DNA of 64,000 nt from a virus: positions 1 to 64,000 of IMG/VR virus record IMGVR_UViG_3300032326_002451. One strand, 5' to 3'. Shown here one piece after another: positions 31,501 through 43,100 of this stretch. The notes under the pieces were generated by a model, which worked only from the letters and a program-made list of their open reading frames with translations, searched no databases and was not told the origin of the DNA. Made by a program: the position numbers and the translations under genes. How positions within the stretch are numbered: position 1 is the first letter of the stretch; every line of letters begins with the position of its first letter.

Positions 31501-32225
31501 CTACATATAATGGAAAGACAACAAATTCATTGACCTACTTTAATTCTTACAATTCCAGTTACTCAGGAGCTGCTTCAACATCTTATGGATTACCTGTTAC
31601 GACTGTAGTTGCAACAATTTCAAATGATTTTAACGCTGACAATATAGTTCCAACTTCAGATGTAATAAGTCCAGTAGGTGATATTGGAAATGTTTCAGTT
31701 GACTTATTTGAGGGACCAATTCATTTTTCAAATATTTACAATCCAATATCAGTTCATTATTCAAATAGTAAAATTATAATTGCCCAGCCATTTTCTGATT
31801 CTGTACTTGCTTACAATGACGATTCTTCACTTTCTTTAGCATGGAAGATATCAAGTGATGTAGCAGAATTCATTGATACAAAACTTGGATCAGTTTATGA
31901 ACTTGCCGAAGGTGTTGTTATTTTAGGCTGCCCAATCACTGACAACAACCCAACAGGTAGATTGATCAAGTACAGAGTGTCTGGTGGAATCATAGAAACT
32001 AAACTTTTATTTAATAATCTTGATGTTGTCAAAGCTCTTCCAGGACCAGACCAGGACAATTTCTATGTTCTTTTAGATGACAATGTAAGCAGTGGAAACA
32101 ATACAAGATTAAAATTAGTTGATATATCTGGAAATACAATATCATCATGGGGCGATAATTACGAAATTATTCACCCTAAAGGATTAAGATTATTGTCTAA
32201 TAACGATATTTTGGTGTCTGAATAA
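28524..32225 (+). CDS. Putative tail appendage protein with C-terminal NHL/beta-propeller-like region
   Basis: HKHIGG motif, DKVTTGKLDASRLP, and PKDFQALADG...DTLNDRVVIFDLDG. Confidence 0.55.
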   Translation: MGNTPFYNLGYLEPSQDLSKNLDLDEKRFRTIDTQLYAVYQIFRNGIIEDSNNNVSWQVETYADSNKFLKVSVTSGKGHVAYKAAETTASKDVTLPVIPLEATEVKIWIYAVENLNTPITKDVDFIASLLRIDDYDNYVNVGGVVINVSANTINVFTDERQIITLFSSLSNSLRTHKHIGGSVNPAPINLKEHVMNKLSGEYIDDLNLDKVTTGKLDASRLPQIDHNILTNKGTLSHTQIDSLLTQYLEQDSTYKLADLSIANRLQTLIALKKQTGFDYIDKTQINTIVYVPGIWPNTAANTSTGTTSNFSDRNVPNALIGATILDTAPWSSGLGISGSVSDSVFSDVRTYSTRRDFETAKTYNQDQSIGFFENITIVGDNLDDSAGYFKISSPLNFSAIEQPVTNIFNEASGWNRAINTTSNYSGGTVSVDTRLYSYKLFDNPIPMNEVSKVGIGFSVGLGTTVSKIGQIYMYLILGTGDNDPQFANDIAVTFDSGQYYPTTSPSKLYLSSTDGSEIGYKIFDDSTDSASIGSSVYKIVSLENLWPAQNRTSVKGLGFYWSSLKGWNPEKSINFYLNTPSDDQVNPFPYNYDSLQTARKSSATNSTASMFLWNDSLYAGTGKFLFRFDSGLNNTTFNLIQWSTTKPNGTTYSLTTRTDIDNTVFDDLNNVDDTTDLAYGYLASTSSQGRYLDVLVTLNSDSTKANSPEFDLLKIYYSTVGTGNTKTYNARFSNFSTKQTGWETEQYYAKNIGFGSTYVDNNELKNTMKISSTNSIGNWIFLRNNSAISAYTSQAEVVYEDGIDVANLSTYLSPVQIYNKSLDRGFNSPKDFQALADGSNIYCDTLNDRVVIFDLDGNITRIIQGNIRLKQSNRDFVVLGAYFNPNIRKIWVAFSQNISTTTPFDSTKIYIDYDSVTVRLDDTRIDQNNTGLFDLISNTSSTLEITFKNNDLGNALATAISSARTRRIRFDKGAVTNGGFEQNTVGVGTATTSTYNGKTTNSLTYFNSYNSSYSGAASTSYGLPVTTVVATISNDFNADNIVPTSDVISPVGDIGNVSVDLFEGPIHFSNIYNPISVHYSNSKIIIAQPFSDSVLAYNDDSSLSLAWKISSDVAEFIDTKLGSVYELAEGVVILGCPITDNNPTGRLIKYRVSGGIIETKLLFNNLDVVKALPGPDQDNFYVLLDDNVSSGNNTRLKLVDISGNTISSWGDNYEIIHPKGLRLLSNNDILVSE

Positions 32226-32226
32226 A

Positions 32227-33150
32227 ATGATAACACTCATAAATGAAAACAATAAAACTATACATGTAAACAAGACATTAGAAATAAGTTTTACATCTAA
32301 AGATGTAACTTTTGATCAAACAAAAGTTACATTGGATAAAAACTTTGATATATCTTTAATTTCAGAAGACAATAATTTATTTCTTAATTTCGACAACACT
32401 CAAAATATCAAAAATAGTTTTTCTATAAATTTCAATTATGATATTTTGGTTGAAATTAAATTCAATAGTGTTTTATTTGCGAAAGACGATTATAACTACT
32501 ATCTTACATCAGATGATTGTTTGTTTGAAGTTGACAATGAGGGATTCATTAATGTAAGAATTAATGATAAAAGCAAATCTGTAAAGTTATCTTACTATAA
32601 TCATCACAATAAGCAAAAGAATTTTCAATCTTTAGCATATGCCGCTAATGCTACTTATATAACCGAAAATGATTATGTTCCCGAGTTTTCCATATCAACT
32701 TTTGATGATAGTAATTTTACTATATCAAGACCTATAAGACAAGGTGTGCCAATTATTTCCACAGTCCCATCTTTTATAGATGGAAATTCTTCAGCTTCAG
32801 ATGTTTCTTTTTACAACACAGGTAAAGGCAACTACTTCAAAACTATATATTTTAGAATCATTTGCAACAAAATTATGGAAAGCATATCTCCTAATGATCT
32901 TTCTGATATGCAACTTAAGATTTATATGCCAAATGGTTTAGATACAGTAAAAACTGCAATATATAATGACATGTTTTTGGTATCAAATGATTCAACGAAT
33001 AATTATTCTATTTATCGTTCAAGTTTCAATTTTTATATCCAAGGCAATTATGACGGAATAGATTATGTTGATGGGTATATGTATGCAGATGTACATGTCC
33101 CCTTAACTGTACAAACAATTATGCCTATAGAGATAGATTTCAGTCTGTGA
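32227..33150 (+). CDS. Hypothetical protein (307 aa)
   Basis: Tightly packed ORF in the operon. Confidence 0.6.
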   Translation: MITLINENNKTIHVNKTLEISFTSKDVTFDQTKVTLDKNFDISLISEDNNLFLNFDNTQNIKNSFSINFNYDILVEIKFNSVLFAKDDYNYYLTSDDCLFEVDNEGFINVRINDKSKSVKLSYYNHHNKQKNFQSLAYAANATYITENDYVPEFSISTFDDSNFTISRPIRQGVPIISTVPSFIDGNSSASDVSFYNTGKGNYFKTIYFRIICNKIMESISPNDLSDMQLKIYMPNGLDTVKTAIYNDMFLVSNDSTNNYSIYRSSFNFYIQGNYDGIDYVDGYMYADVHVPLTVQTIMPIEIDFSL

Positions 33151-33177
33151 TAGGTTCTGAAACTGTCAAATTAGAAT
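33151..33177 (+). promoter_or_regulatory. TAGG-N19-GAAT promoter-like motif
   Basis: Lies in the only sizeable intergenic gap of the giant structural run. Confidence 0.55.
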
Positions 33178-33212
33178 ATTAATAACAAATAAAACAAGCC
33201 TTGGTGGATCAT

Positions 33213-36200
33213 ATGGCCTTTGATGTCACAATAATTTTACCCAATAATCTAAGAAGTGGATATTTACAATCAGAATTTGTAGCCTCTGGTTTAGCATATA
33301 CCACTAACAAATTCTCATTTGATCCAACTCTTGATACTAACAAAAATCAAATTAGTCTTGGTTTTCAATTAAGAAATAAAACAACTCGTGATCTTTCTGA
33401 TTTAGCAAGAATCAAGACTTTATATTTATCCAACGACCCATATTTTGAACCTACATCCACAATAACCATAAGCAACTGGCCACCAAATCCTGAGTTATAT
33501 AATTCTTCATATAATTACATTTACGATATAAATGCAAATTATTTCTTTGACAACAGTTTGAGTCAAGGATCTTTTGGAGGTACAGAATCTGGAACTGGAT
33601 TATATAAGGTAAACAATTGGGCATTATCTGCTAATGGTGGACTTTCAAGAGTTTATTTGAAAGCAATCATTGAAGCTCCTAATGGGCAATTAGTTGAATA
33701 TCCAAATGGTTACGGTATATTTGATACAATTATATGGGAAGGCACTTTACCAACAAACCCTGATAAGCTTGAATATTCTTCTTTGAAATCTGGGTATACA
33801 GGTAAAAGTTCTATATTCAATTTTAAATCTTCCACATCAAAAGCTCAAACAAATGATGATGGTATAGGCGCATATCTATTTAGTTCATATGAAGTTACAA
33901 GCACAGGCAATACATATGATTTATATACTCATGTAGGAAATCAAGTTTACAGATCTTTGTGTCCGTCATCCAGTGTGGCTTCAACAACATCAAGTGCATA
34001 TAAATTCTTAACAACTGCTGGTGTAACAACATATAGTTCAACTTCTTACACTATTAACACAGGAACAGCTATTTCATCATTTGGACTGAACAGTGGACTA
34101 ATTTTATATAGCAACTCTAAGGTTGCAACTTCTTCACTAAAGCCTGATGTAATGATCCAGGGATATATGGATTACACTTCTGGAAGTATTTCTGATACAT
34201 CATATTCGTTTTTGAAAATGTATAAATTTCCAGAATATCAAGCTACTAATGATGAGTTAGTCATAAGAGTTGACATTCCTGAAAATGACAATCCTGTTTC
34301 ATATCTTTACAGAATTATAAATGGAACAGCTTCCACCAGTCAGCAAGTGACAACTCTTCCAAATAGCCTATTGCCATTATTAAAGGATGGCGGTTTGTAC
34401 GAGATGTATTACTCACAACTCGATAGTACTTACGGATATGTCGAAGGATACTTTACACCCACAACTGACCAAGGACAAGATTCAAGAAAAAGCTATTTAT
34501 TGGCAAATTCATTAATTACGAGTTTTGGCACAACCAGTTTAGGTGCTGCTATTGGATACCAAAAATCATCAGATATTCCAAGTGAAGGTTCTGTTTCCTT
34601 TGGAGAACTTTGCATAGCTCAAGGAAAAAATATTCTTTCAGCTGATATTGGCGATTGTTTAAATGATAATCTTACAAGTTCAAACCCTCCAGTTGTGACA
34701 ATAACATCAGATTGGGTTGGTTCAGAAAATGTTGATTATATATTTCTAAATGATTTGAATCCAATCTTGACATTGAATTATTCTGCAAATGCTTCATATG
34801 TAGAAATACAAAAAATAGATGCTAATAATGAAACTTTAAATATTAATATTTCTGAAGTACAACTATACAAACCATCTATGTCTACGAGATGTTCTTTGGA
34901 AGTAAAAGTAAGACATAAAACAGATGATTTTTATATAGCGTTGAGTCAAAAATCATCATATAGGCCTCACACAGAAAATAATATACAGGTCGAGTGGGAT
35001 GCACCCATGGGCTCAAGATGCTTAGATACTTATGTATATTCTGAAAATCCTGTAAATGCTCCAACAATATCTGTAGTATTTAGTAAAGTAAAAAATCAAA
35101 TAATGATTATTCAAAGAAATGAAGATAATACCATTTCTAAAACATTATTGAAAACTTACAAGCCAAGTGCATCTTTTGATAGATATTTAATTGAAATTAC
35201 GGATAAGGTTCCAAATTATTTAGAGGGCAAATCAGCAGATAGCACTTGGATTTTTGTAAAAACTATAACAGGTTCAAATCTTGATGTGTTAGGATATGCA
35301 AGACTCAATAACAAAATGCCAAGTTCAACATCTGGATTAGGCTATTATGCTTCTTGTGGTTTTGTGAATTCAACATATGATGATTCAAGTAGCACCAATT
35401 ACAATAGAATCTATGAAATGATTTTTAGAGGCATGCCAAGTTTCAATACCCTTGAAACTGAAAATTATGCATCAATAAGAACAGTATCATTAGCTCCTGA
35501 AGCTTTGTCAAATAATAAATTTTATCTTGGACAAAAATTATTATCCGGTCTTACTGATTTTCAAAACTTTGGATATACAAATCCTGAATCCAGCGCTATA
35601 GGAGTTACTGTTTCAGTAGCTTCAAATGGTACAAATGTAAATACTGCAACTATAGCTTCAGCAACAATAGATGGAATCTCATTAGCTTCTCTACCTTTGA
35701 ATTCATATGTATTATTGAAGGACCAAACAACCTTAAACCAAAATGGTTTATATTTAAAAAGCGGAACTTCAACATATACTTTAGACACTTCAAACTATAA
35801 TATTCCTTATAACATTACAGAGGGAGACGTTAATGGAGGAGCAACATTCTATAAAGTTAAAACTCAAAAAGACAATGAAGTTGCTGATTTATTTTTATCT
35901 ACAAGTTATTTTGCACCAATCACAATAGGTGAAATATCATCGTTTGTTTCAACTCTCAGAGCACAATTATTTGAGTTCAAGTTGAATTTCACGAACTATG
36001 AAGTGCCTGTAGACCTTACAAAAATTAAGACAAGATTTTATAGCGACTCAAGCGATTCACCAGATTTTGATAATCCATTGACAGATTGGTTGACTATTTC
36101 TACAACACCTTTGATTGATACTTATACTATTGCCCCTCAGCACAATTTAGTTCAAGTTATTATGTCAGATTCAGCCAGTTTAGCTCCTGAAGTTTCAGCT

Positions 36201-37184
36201 TTAGATAAAATATGGGTTCAAATTGTACTTCCATTCAATACATCTTTAGCCACTGCATTTGGTCCGTCTACCACTGCAAGTTATGTCACTAAGGGGAAAT
36301 TTACCTATTATAAATTAGCTAATAATTTGTGGCATAAGTTGTTTGCAAGATATAAGTCAAAAGCTTTCAATTCAACACACAAAAATATTCAACATGCAAG
36401 ATTAAGAGCAAAGTCTCACGCACAATTAGAATCAAATGGGACTAATATTACAGGACCAGCAATCATAGACATTAATGGCCCTCAATATAATGGTGGAGTT
36501 CCTAAAGTAGACAACCTTACAAATGATAACTTGAGATCTATTGAACTTTCAATTTTAGCTGAAGATGATGAATCTGGTATTTTAGCTTTTAGAGTTGGAA
36601 GATATATTGATAATTTCAGAACTCAATACACTCCCTGGATGTCTTGGAATCAATTTACAGTAGAAAATGGTGGAAAATATTTTATTTATTTGTATGGAAA
36701 TCTAAATTACTACACTTCTGGAATTGCAAATACTGGTTTTGATTATCAGAATATGGGATTTTCAGGTCCAAGAAAAATTTGGATTCAAATGATGGACTAT
36801 TCTGGAAATGTTAGCCAGTCCTATCCAATAACTTTCGTGGCACAATCTTGGGCTTTAGTTGATACCAATCCTCCAATTGGAAGTGCTTCTTTCTACAGTC
36901 CAAAAACTTATTCAAATGTTGAAGTAACTAACTTGATATCTTCTGTTGTAAAGCTTGAATCTAATGACACTGTATCTGGAGTTAAGGATTTCAAGATGAG
37001 AAGAATTTATGATTCAGGCGCAGATAATTGGAGTGAATGGCAATATTACAGCCCTTCCACAAACATTAACTTCGGGAATGAAAAAGATGGAGTTAAAAAA
37101 GTTGAATTTGTATTCAGAGACTTTGGCAATAATGCAATGCAACCTGACATTATTTGGGAAAAAGTAAAGAGGCCAAGCAAATAA
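33213..37184 (+). CDS. Large virion protein with two C-terminal Ig-like repeats
   Basis: Start MAFDV; DxxxP...DxxSG...W..W...G.[RK]K.....D..GN-like pattern occurs twice; TIDG..VLLKDQ..NGLY module. Confidence 0.55.
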   Translation: MAFDVTIILPNNLRSGYLQSEFVASGLAYTTNKFSFDPTLDTNKNQISLGFQLRNKTTRDLSDLARIKTLYLSNDPYFEPTSTITISNWPPNPELYNSSYNYIYDINANYFFDNSLSQGSFGGTESGTGLYKVNNWALSANGGLSRVYLKAIIEAPNGQLVEYPNGYGIFDTIIWEGTLPTNPDKLEYSSLKSGYTGKSSIFNFKSSTSKAQTNDDGIGAYLFSSYEVTSTGNTYDLYTHVGNQVYRSLCPSSSVASTTSSAYKFLTTAGVTTYSSTSYTINTGTAISSFGLNSGLILYSNSKVATSSLKPDVMIQGYMDYTSGSISDTSYSFLKMYKFPEYQATNDELVIRVDIPENDNPVSYLYRIINGTASTSQQVTTLPNSLLPLLKDGGLYEMYYSQLDSTYGYVEGYFTPTTDQGQDSRKSYLLANSLITSFGTTSLGAAIGYQKSSDIPSEGSVSFGELCIAQGKNILSADIGDCLNDNLTSSNPPVVTITSDWVGSENVDYIFLNDLNPILTLNYSANASYVEIQKIDANNETLNINISEVQLYKPSMSTRCSLEVKVRHKTDDFYIALSQKSSYRPHTENNIQVEWDAPMGSRCLDTYVYSENPVNAPTISVVFSKVKNQIMIIQRNEDNTISKTLLKTYKPSASFDRYLIEITDKVPNYLEGKSADSTWIFVKTITGSNLDVLGYARLNNKMPSSTSGLGYYASCGFVNSTYDDSSSTNYNRIYEMIFRGMPSFNTLETENYASIRTVSLAPEALSNNKFYLGQKLLSGLTDFQNFGYTNPESSAIGVTVSVASNGTNVNTATIASATIDGISLASLPLNSYVLLKDQTTLNQNGLYLKSGTSTYTLDTSNYNIPYNITEGDVNGGATFYKVKTQKDNEVADLFLSTSYFAPITIGEISSFVSTLRAQLFEFKLNFTNYEVPVDLTKIKTRFYSDSSDSPDFDNPLTDWLTISTTPLIDTYTIAPQHNLVQVIMSDSASLAPEVSALDKIWVQIVLPFNTSLATAFGPSTTASYVTKGKFTYYKLANNLWHKLFARYKSKAFNSTHKNIQHARLRAKSHAQLESNGTNITGPAIIDINGPQYNGGVPKVDNLTNDNLRSIELSILAEDDESGILAFRVGRYIDNFRTQYTPWMSWNQFTVENGGKYFIYLYGNLNYYTSGIANTGFDYQNMGFSGPRKIWIQMMDYSGNVSQSYPITFVAQSWALVDTNPPIGSASFYSPKTYSNVEVTNLISSVVKLESNDTVSGVKDFKMRRIYDSGADNWSEWQYYSPSTNINFGNEKDGVKKVEFVFRDFGNNAMQPDIIWEKVKRPSK

Positions 37185-40162
37185 TGAGTAAAACATTATA
37201 TACTGCCATGACTACTTGGCAAGGACCATATGACACAGAAGATGTAGTTTATTTAGCTGGTATCACTCAAAAGATATACAAAAATCTGAAGCTCGTTAAT
37301 AGTTTTGATCCTGATTACCCAGAAAATACAGCTTTCAAGTTAGTTGGCACAAGTTCAAGTGATTTTGATAGGATATATGAACCATTATCTTCTGATAACC
37401 TTGTATTGACGAATATTGATACATCAGTTGCATATGGTATTGATGATGATAAAAATTTACTTATCTTTCCAGAATCATATCCTTTATCTGAAGCTGAAGC
37501 ATCAATAGTTACAGTCAAATTAATTAATAATTATGCTTCAATTTACAAAGCTAATCTTGTAAGTTTTGAATATGCAATAGATTTCTCTCACCTAAAAGAA
37601 AAAGCAATTACTTGTATGCTGTCTACAAATAATGGAATTTTCTTAGGCGGTGTATCAGGAAATATTTGGTTTTATGATGGAAACGTGATTTCTGGTCCTG
37701 TATTTTCATTATATGATGGGCAAAATTTACCAGTTACATCTTTACTTAGACATAGGTTTGCATTCGAAACAGAAGATTATATTTATGCTGGAGCAGATAA
37801 AAAACCAAGACTTTATAGGTCAAAAATTTCTACAGCAGCTCAAGGTCAAGATTGGGAAGAAGTGTATGGCGCTGGAGAACTTGCAGCAAGTTCAGGTGGA
37901 GTACTAAGTCTTTTATCTGCTTTTGATAAAATTTTCATGGGTTGTAGAAATAATATAATATTAAAATATTCAAGATCAAATTCTATAACTTTAGGACAGC
38001 CAACAGATTTCATTACTGAGGCAGTTGTAGAAATCAATAACCCAGTAGAAACTTTAGAAAAAACAACTTTAGTTTCAAATAATATAACAGACTTTGAAGC
38101 ATCTGTATTTGACATAAAGACTTTAGAAATAGGTAGAAATCAAATATTTGCTGGACTGTCTAACAAACCTGAAATTTGGGCTTACTCTGAAGCAATAATG
38201 AGTAATCCTTCATCTTATGAAGCTTGGGCTAATACATTATTTGATGAAGTATTTAGGAATGACCCAGCTCCAGCTCAATATTATTCTTATAATGGAAATA
38301 CATTATCAAGAAATGACAGCAATTTAGCCATAGCTCATTATATTAATGATGCAAGTGAAAACCATTATCAAACAGCTCTTGTAATAAAGGGTAACACAAC
38401 AAGTTCAACAGGATCATCTGTTTTAGGACAAAGATTTTTTGAGTGGTCTGAAGGTTCAGATTGGGAACAGTCTTTAGGAACAAACTTACCTGATCAAGAT
38501 TTTATAAATGTGCAATGTGCTTCAGTTGCAGAGATCACTTCTCTTACTGATGTTACATCTATTGATGGATATACTTTGCAGCAATTTGATACAGTTCTTT
38601 TGAAAGATCAACCAAGTAGTTCATCTATTAAGAATGGAGTTTATATATTTGATAATGGAACTTTATCTTTGTCGAATAACTTCATTATTTTAAATTCTTC
38701 CTCTTTATTGGGTTTTTACATTCAACATGGGTATGTCAATGCTACAAATAGATTTTTATTGACAGTAGCCAGTTTTGACAGTCAAGAATTCGCAATTTAT
38801 AAACCAAAATATACAATTGAATTTGAAACTAAAAATTTAGCATACAGTAGAGCTATTTCCTGTAATCCTTTAGAAGGATGTAGATATCTCAACAATTTAT
38901 ATAATAATGACGAGACTGTTGGAACATCTACAACTTATGTTGGATATCAAGGTTTAGATGTATCTGATCTTTATGGATCATTTAAGTTAGAAGTCAATCA
39001 CGAAAATATAAAACTTACAAGCGGAAACAATATTGTCGAAAAATCCTTGATATCTTCAGGTATTTACAAAAACTGGATTTTCAGCAATGCAACTGGTGCC
39101 ACTACGAATGGTTGGACAGCTGGAGATTTCATTACAAGTATTGGTGCTACTACAGAAGCAACAACTGACTATTTAGGCAACTCCTATGATAAATATATTC
39201 TTAGCATTGATCCTGCAAGATCTGGTGATCCTTCAATAACAATATCAGACTTAAATTTAGATGTAAACCCAGAAGCTGTAGTCAATATTCGAATGAGAAT
39301 TACTCCATATAGCTCTTATGGACTCAAAGATGCCAAGATCAACTTATATTGGTCAAGTCAAGGAGCAGATTATACTAATTATTCTTCAGTCAATTTGAGA
39401 TCCGAAGATGATTTTATAGACTATATAATTAGACCTGTTTGGAAAAATAAAATATCTAATATGAAATTAAAGTTTGAAAATTTACCTGAACTTTCTAAAA
39501 GACCACTTTTGATTGATATAGATTATATTAAAATTATAGACGAACTTCAAACATTTGATGTAAACAATGAGTTTTCTACAATAAGAGTAGCTGTAGAAGG
39601 CAAAGATGTCAAAGTATGGTTAGGAAAGCAATTTTACCCATATATCTATCAAAAGAATTTTATATCAGTTGACAATTACAATGAAAAATATATAAACCCT
39701 GATAAAGTTTCAAATGATTATGACAAGCCTTATATAAGAATTGGCAAAGTTTCTACTTCTAATGAAAATTCTCTATTTGCTTTCAGTAGATTATCATATA
39801 TTGTTGGCGAAACCTATGAACCATTGACAGTCAAAGTTTTTGATTTTCACCATCAGCAACAGCTTCAAGATTCTGGAGGTGTTAGGATGTTTACTTATCA
39901 TGATGGAACAATATATAGTATAACCGATGGATTTAATTCTAATAAAGTAAATGAAAATCCAGATGATAGGCAGTGTAATCTTTTTAAGTATGACTCAACT
40001 CATCAAACTTGGTTAAAAGAGGATTTGACTTTCGAAAGGAAGCAAATTTTTAATACTGACGGAACATACAATCTTTACGGCATAGTAAGACCTTTATCAA
40101 CTATAAGCTACAAAGGTGTCTTGTATCTTAGTGGTCAGTATGGAAATATTAAAGTGACATAA
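37184..40162 (+). CDS. Large virion protein, beta-propeller with inserted carbohydrate-binding-like domain
   Basis: TAATG-coupled start MSKTL; propeller-like blades; LYW...WKNKI...IDIDYIKI jelly-roll pattern. Confidence 0.55.
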   Translation: MSKTLYTAMTTWQGPYDTEDVVYLAGITQKIYKNLKLVNSFDPDYPENTAFKLVGTSSSDFDRIYEPLSSDNLVLTNIDTSVAYGIDDDKNLLIFPESYPLSEAEASIVTVKLINNYASIYKANLVSFEYAIDFSHLKEKAITCMLSTNNGIFLGGVSGNIWFYDGNVISGPVFSLYDGQNLPVTSLLRHRFAFETEDYIYAGADKKPRLYRSKISTAAQGQDWEEVYGAGELAASSGGVLSLLSAFDKIFMGCRNNIILKYSRSNSITLGQPTDFITEAVVEINNPVETLEKTTLVSNNITDFEASVFDIKTLEIGRNQIFAGLSNKPEIWAYSEAIMSNPSSYEAWANTLFDEVFRNDPAPAQYYSYNGNTLSRNDSNLAIAHYINDASENHYQTALVIKGNTTSSTGSSVLGQRFFEWSEGSDWEQSLGTNLPDQDFINVQCASVAEITSLTDVTSIDGYTLQQFDTVLLKDQPSSSSIKNGVYIFDNGTLSLSNNFIILNSSSLLGFYIQHGYVNATNRFLLTVASFDSQEFAIYKPKYTIEFETKNLAYSRAISCNPLEGCRYLNNLYNNDETVGTSTTYVGYQGLDVSDLYGSFKLEVNHENIKLTSGNNIVEKSLISSGIYKNWIFSNATGATTNGWTAGDFITSIGATTEATTDYLGNSYDKYILSIDPARSGDPSITISDLNLDVNPEAVVNIRMRITPYSSYGLKDAKINLYWSSQGADYTNYSSVNLRSEDDFIDYIIRPVWKNKISNMKLKFENLPELSKRPLLIDIDYIKIIDELQTFDVNNEFSTIRVAVEGKDVKVWLGKQFYPYIYQKNFISVDNYNEKYINPDKVSNDYDKPYIRIGKVSTSNENSLFAFSRLSYIVGETYEPLTVKVFDFHHQQQLQDSGGVRMFTYHDGTIYSITDGFNSNKVNENPDDRQCNLFKYDSTHQTWLKEDLTFERKQIFNTDGTYNLYGIVRPLSTISYKGVLYLSGQYGNIKVT

Positions 40163-40163
40163 A

Positions 40164-43100
40164 ATGCCAAGAAAAAAGAAAAACTCAGAAGATCAAAATA
40201 ATTTTGTTGCATACTCAGGTGCTGCTCCAACGCCAGTAGAATTAGGACAGACTAACGAATCTTACACGTCTGCAGACGGAACAAAAGTTTATCTTCAATT
40301 TATTGATGTTGATAGTAATGGATTATACCCTTCAAGTGGCATTCAACTTAGATTTAGTGTTACAAAAGTAGTAGGAGGAACTGCAACTACAGTCACTCCA
40401 GTTTCAACATTTATTGACAGTGCTTTACCTAAAACACTTCAGTTAACCTTAAATTCATCCGATAGAGTTATTGATGGATTATATAATGCAGCAGGTATAG
40501 TAACATCTTATCAATCTGTTTTTGTATCTTACAATACATCAACTGCTGGCGGTTTCGGAACCATTCCATTACTTTCAGACAATGACACTGTTAAAACCAG
40601 TGTTCAGGCTTTTGCTGGTTTAGCGATCAGTAACAGAACAAGTGAAGCTAATGGTCCCCAAATTTTATATGCATTTTCATCTACAGATGGAACTTCTATC
40701 AATGCAGTATTCAGAGAAGCTACACCACCATTACTGCCAACAACAGGTATTGCTGGGTTTGCTGTCACTCAAGGCACAACTCCAATATCTATTTCAAATG
40801 CATATGTTTTAAATCCATCATCAGCTACTGGTGGAACTACAGTTGTCATAGAATTATCAAGCCCTTTGTCTATTGCCACAGGCTCAAATGATGTAAAACT
40901 TTCGTATATTTGGCCATCTTTATATTCAACAAGACTAAGGGATTCATCAGCTTTAGGAAATACTGCAGTAGCTTTTTCAGGTTTAGCAGTAACTAATCTA
41001 ACATCAGAAACCACTGCTCCACGGGTTGTGGATGCATATACAAGTAACACTGGCGTAAGACTAATATATGTAAAAATGTCTGAGCCTACTCTGCCAGGAG
41101 ACTCAGGCACTGGTTTTTCTGTCGCAATTGGTAGTTCTTCTTTCCCAGCTACAATTATTTTAGCAGATAATTCAACTTACGCTGGCCAAGGTGTTACTGA
41201 ATATGTAATGACAATATCTCATGTCTTTAATGATGTTGATTTATTGGAGCTTGATTATAATAAGTTCTCGAATGATTTTATCACTGACCAATCTGCAAAC
41301 TTAAATCCACTTTTATCGTTTTCAAATAAATTCAGAATTAGAAATCTTTATTCTAATTATAATCCTTTAGCACCTGAAGTCGTAGATGTTTTCAATGCTG
41401 GCGAGTCATATGTAGATGTCAATGGTTTAGATATTTATTTAACTTTTGACATAAACAAATACTACAAAACTTATCCTGATGATGGTATAGAAGGTTTGCA
41501 GGTCTTTGTCGATGGTCAGTTGACTCCAATTAAAAGTGCAATTTCGTTAGATAGAACATTCTTTCCACACGTAAAATTAACACTTTATAATAGGATATAT
41601 TCAGGAAGCGAAGTCAAAGTAGGTTTCATTCAAGGCAATCTGAGAGATAGCAATTTAGTTATCTTTGGCAATTTTGAACCAGATACAATTGTAAATAATG
41701 CTGCAATAGATCCAGTAGATTTTTTTGATGTTCTAACTTGGTATGACAATTCAAATAACAGCATTTCATATGATTTTGAAATAGATGATAATACATCTGA
41801 ATTATTCAGGAAATCAAAAATTCACACTAACACGTCAGTTGTTTTAGATACAACAGCTCCTCAAGGTGTATTGATTTTGAATAGAGCTGAAGGGGATGTG
41901 TCCAGCGGAATTAAAATACATAAATTTGAAGCTTATGGTACTGAAGAAATAGAATATAGTTCTTCGTCAACTGATGTAGATATTCGTAATGATGCAGTAG
42001 CTTGGTCAATTAATAGTACAATAAATAAATCTATCAACAAAATTACAATTAAACTTAAGCTTGATTTTTCAATTACAAACACACTTGATTTTGTGAGAAT
42101 AAGTTTACATTCTAATGATACTGAAAGTAATGTTCCTGGAGATTTATTATCAACTTTAGGTAAAATCAGTTTTGGAAGTTTATCTACTTCTTACCAAGAA
42201 TTTGAAATAAGTTTTGACAAGTTTGATATTACAGCTAATACTTTGTATTGGATACAAGTTGCATGTGACAATATTATTGATGCAACTGTGAACACTGTTA
42301 GTATATTCATACCAAAACATACTTCAGTAGGCAAATTTTTAGCTAACACCTCTGGAGACACATCAACAGGTTGGTTATCAACTAAAGATACTTCAGTATA
42401 TTACAAATTATCTTCTGCTGATGATAATGACTTAGAACTTGTTTCTCAAGATTATGTTTTAGATATTTTTGAAAAACCTATTCGTCAAGCAAATTATTTT
42501 ACTGAATCTTCATTAAGAAACTTTGAATTGATAGGAGACTCTCAGTCTAACTTCTTACAAAAAAGATTGAGTAAAATTCAAATTGATGGCACTATGGTAT
42601 ATCCATATGTTTCAAAAATAATATTAGGAGCTACATCTACTAAACCAAAAAATTATATTTTAGAAGTAAGATCAACACCAGAAACTATTTGGACAAAAGT
42701 TTTTGATACAATTGTTGACGAATCAACTCTTGATAATTTAGTCTACACATTTGATACACCTGTTCAAATATCAGACATCAGAATAGTATACAAAGGTGAT
42801 TATTTCACTATTGATTCAGTAGCTACATTAACTTTAGCTGCAAGTGATAATTTTAGTGATGTAGTTTCTGCTCAAATTTCTCACTTTTCAGATTTCAGAG
42901 ATGCTAAAGATTTCAGTTTGGCTGGTTCTAATGGATATTTTGATTTCTCAGAAGGCAGTACTACATTTCTTAATTATGCTTACACGAATAATGCAGAAGT
43001 TTTCAAGGCTACAACAGGTTCAGCTGATTCTGAAATTTTGACAGCAATCAGTCATAGTGGAAAAATAATTCTTGGAGCGAACAATACAGCTTTCACTTTT

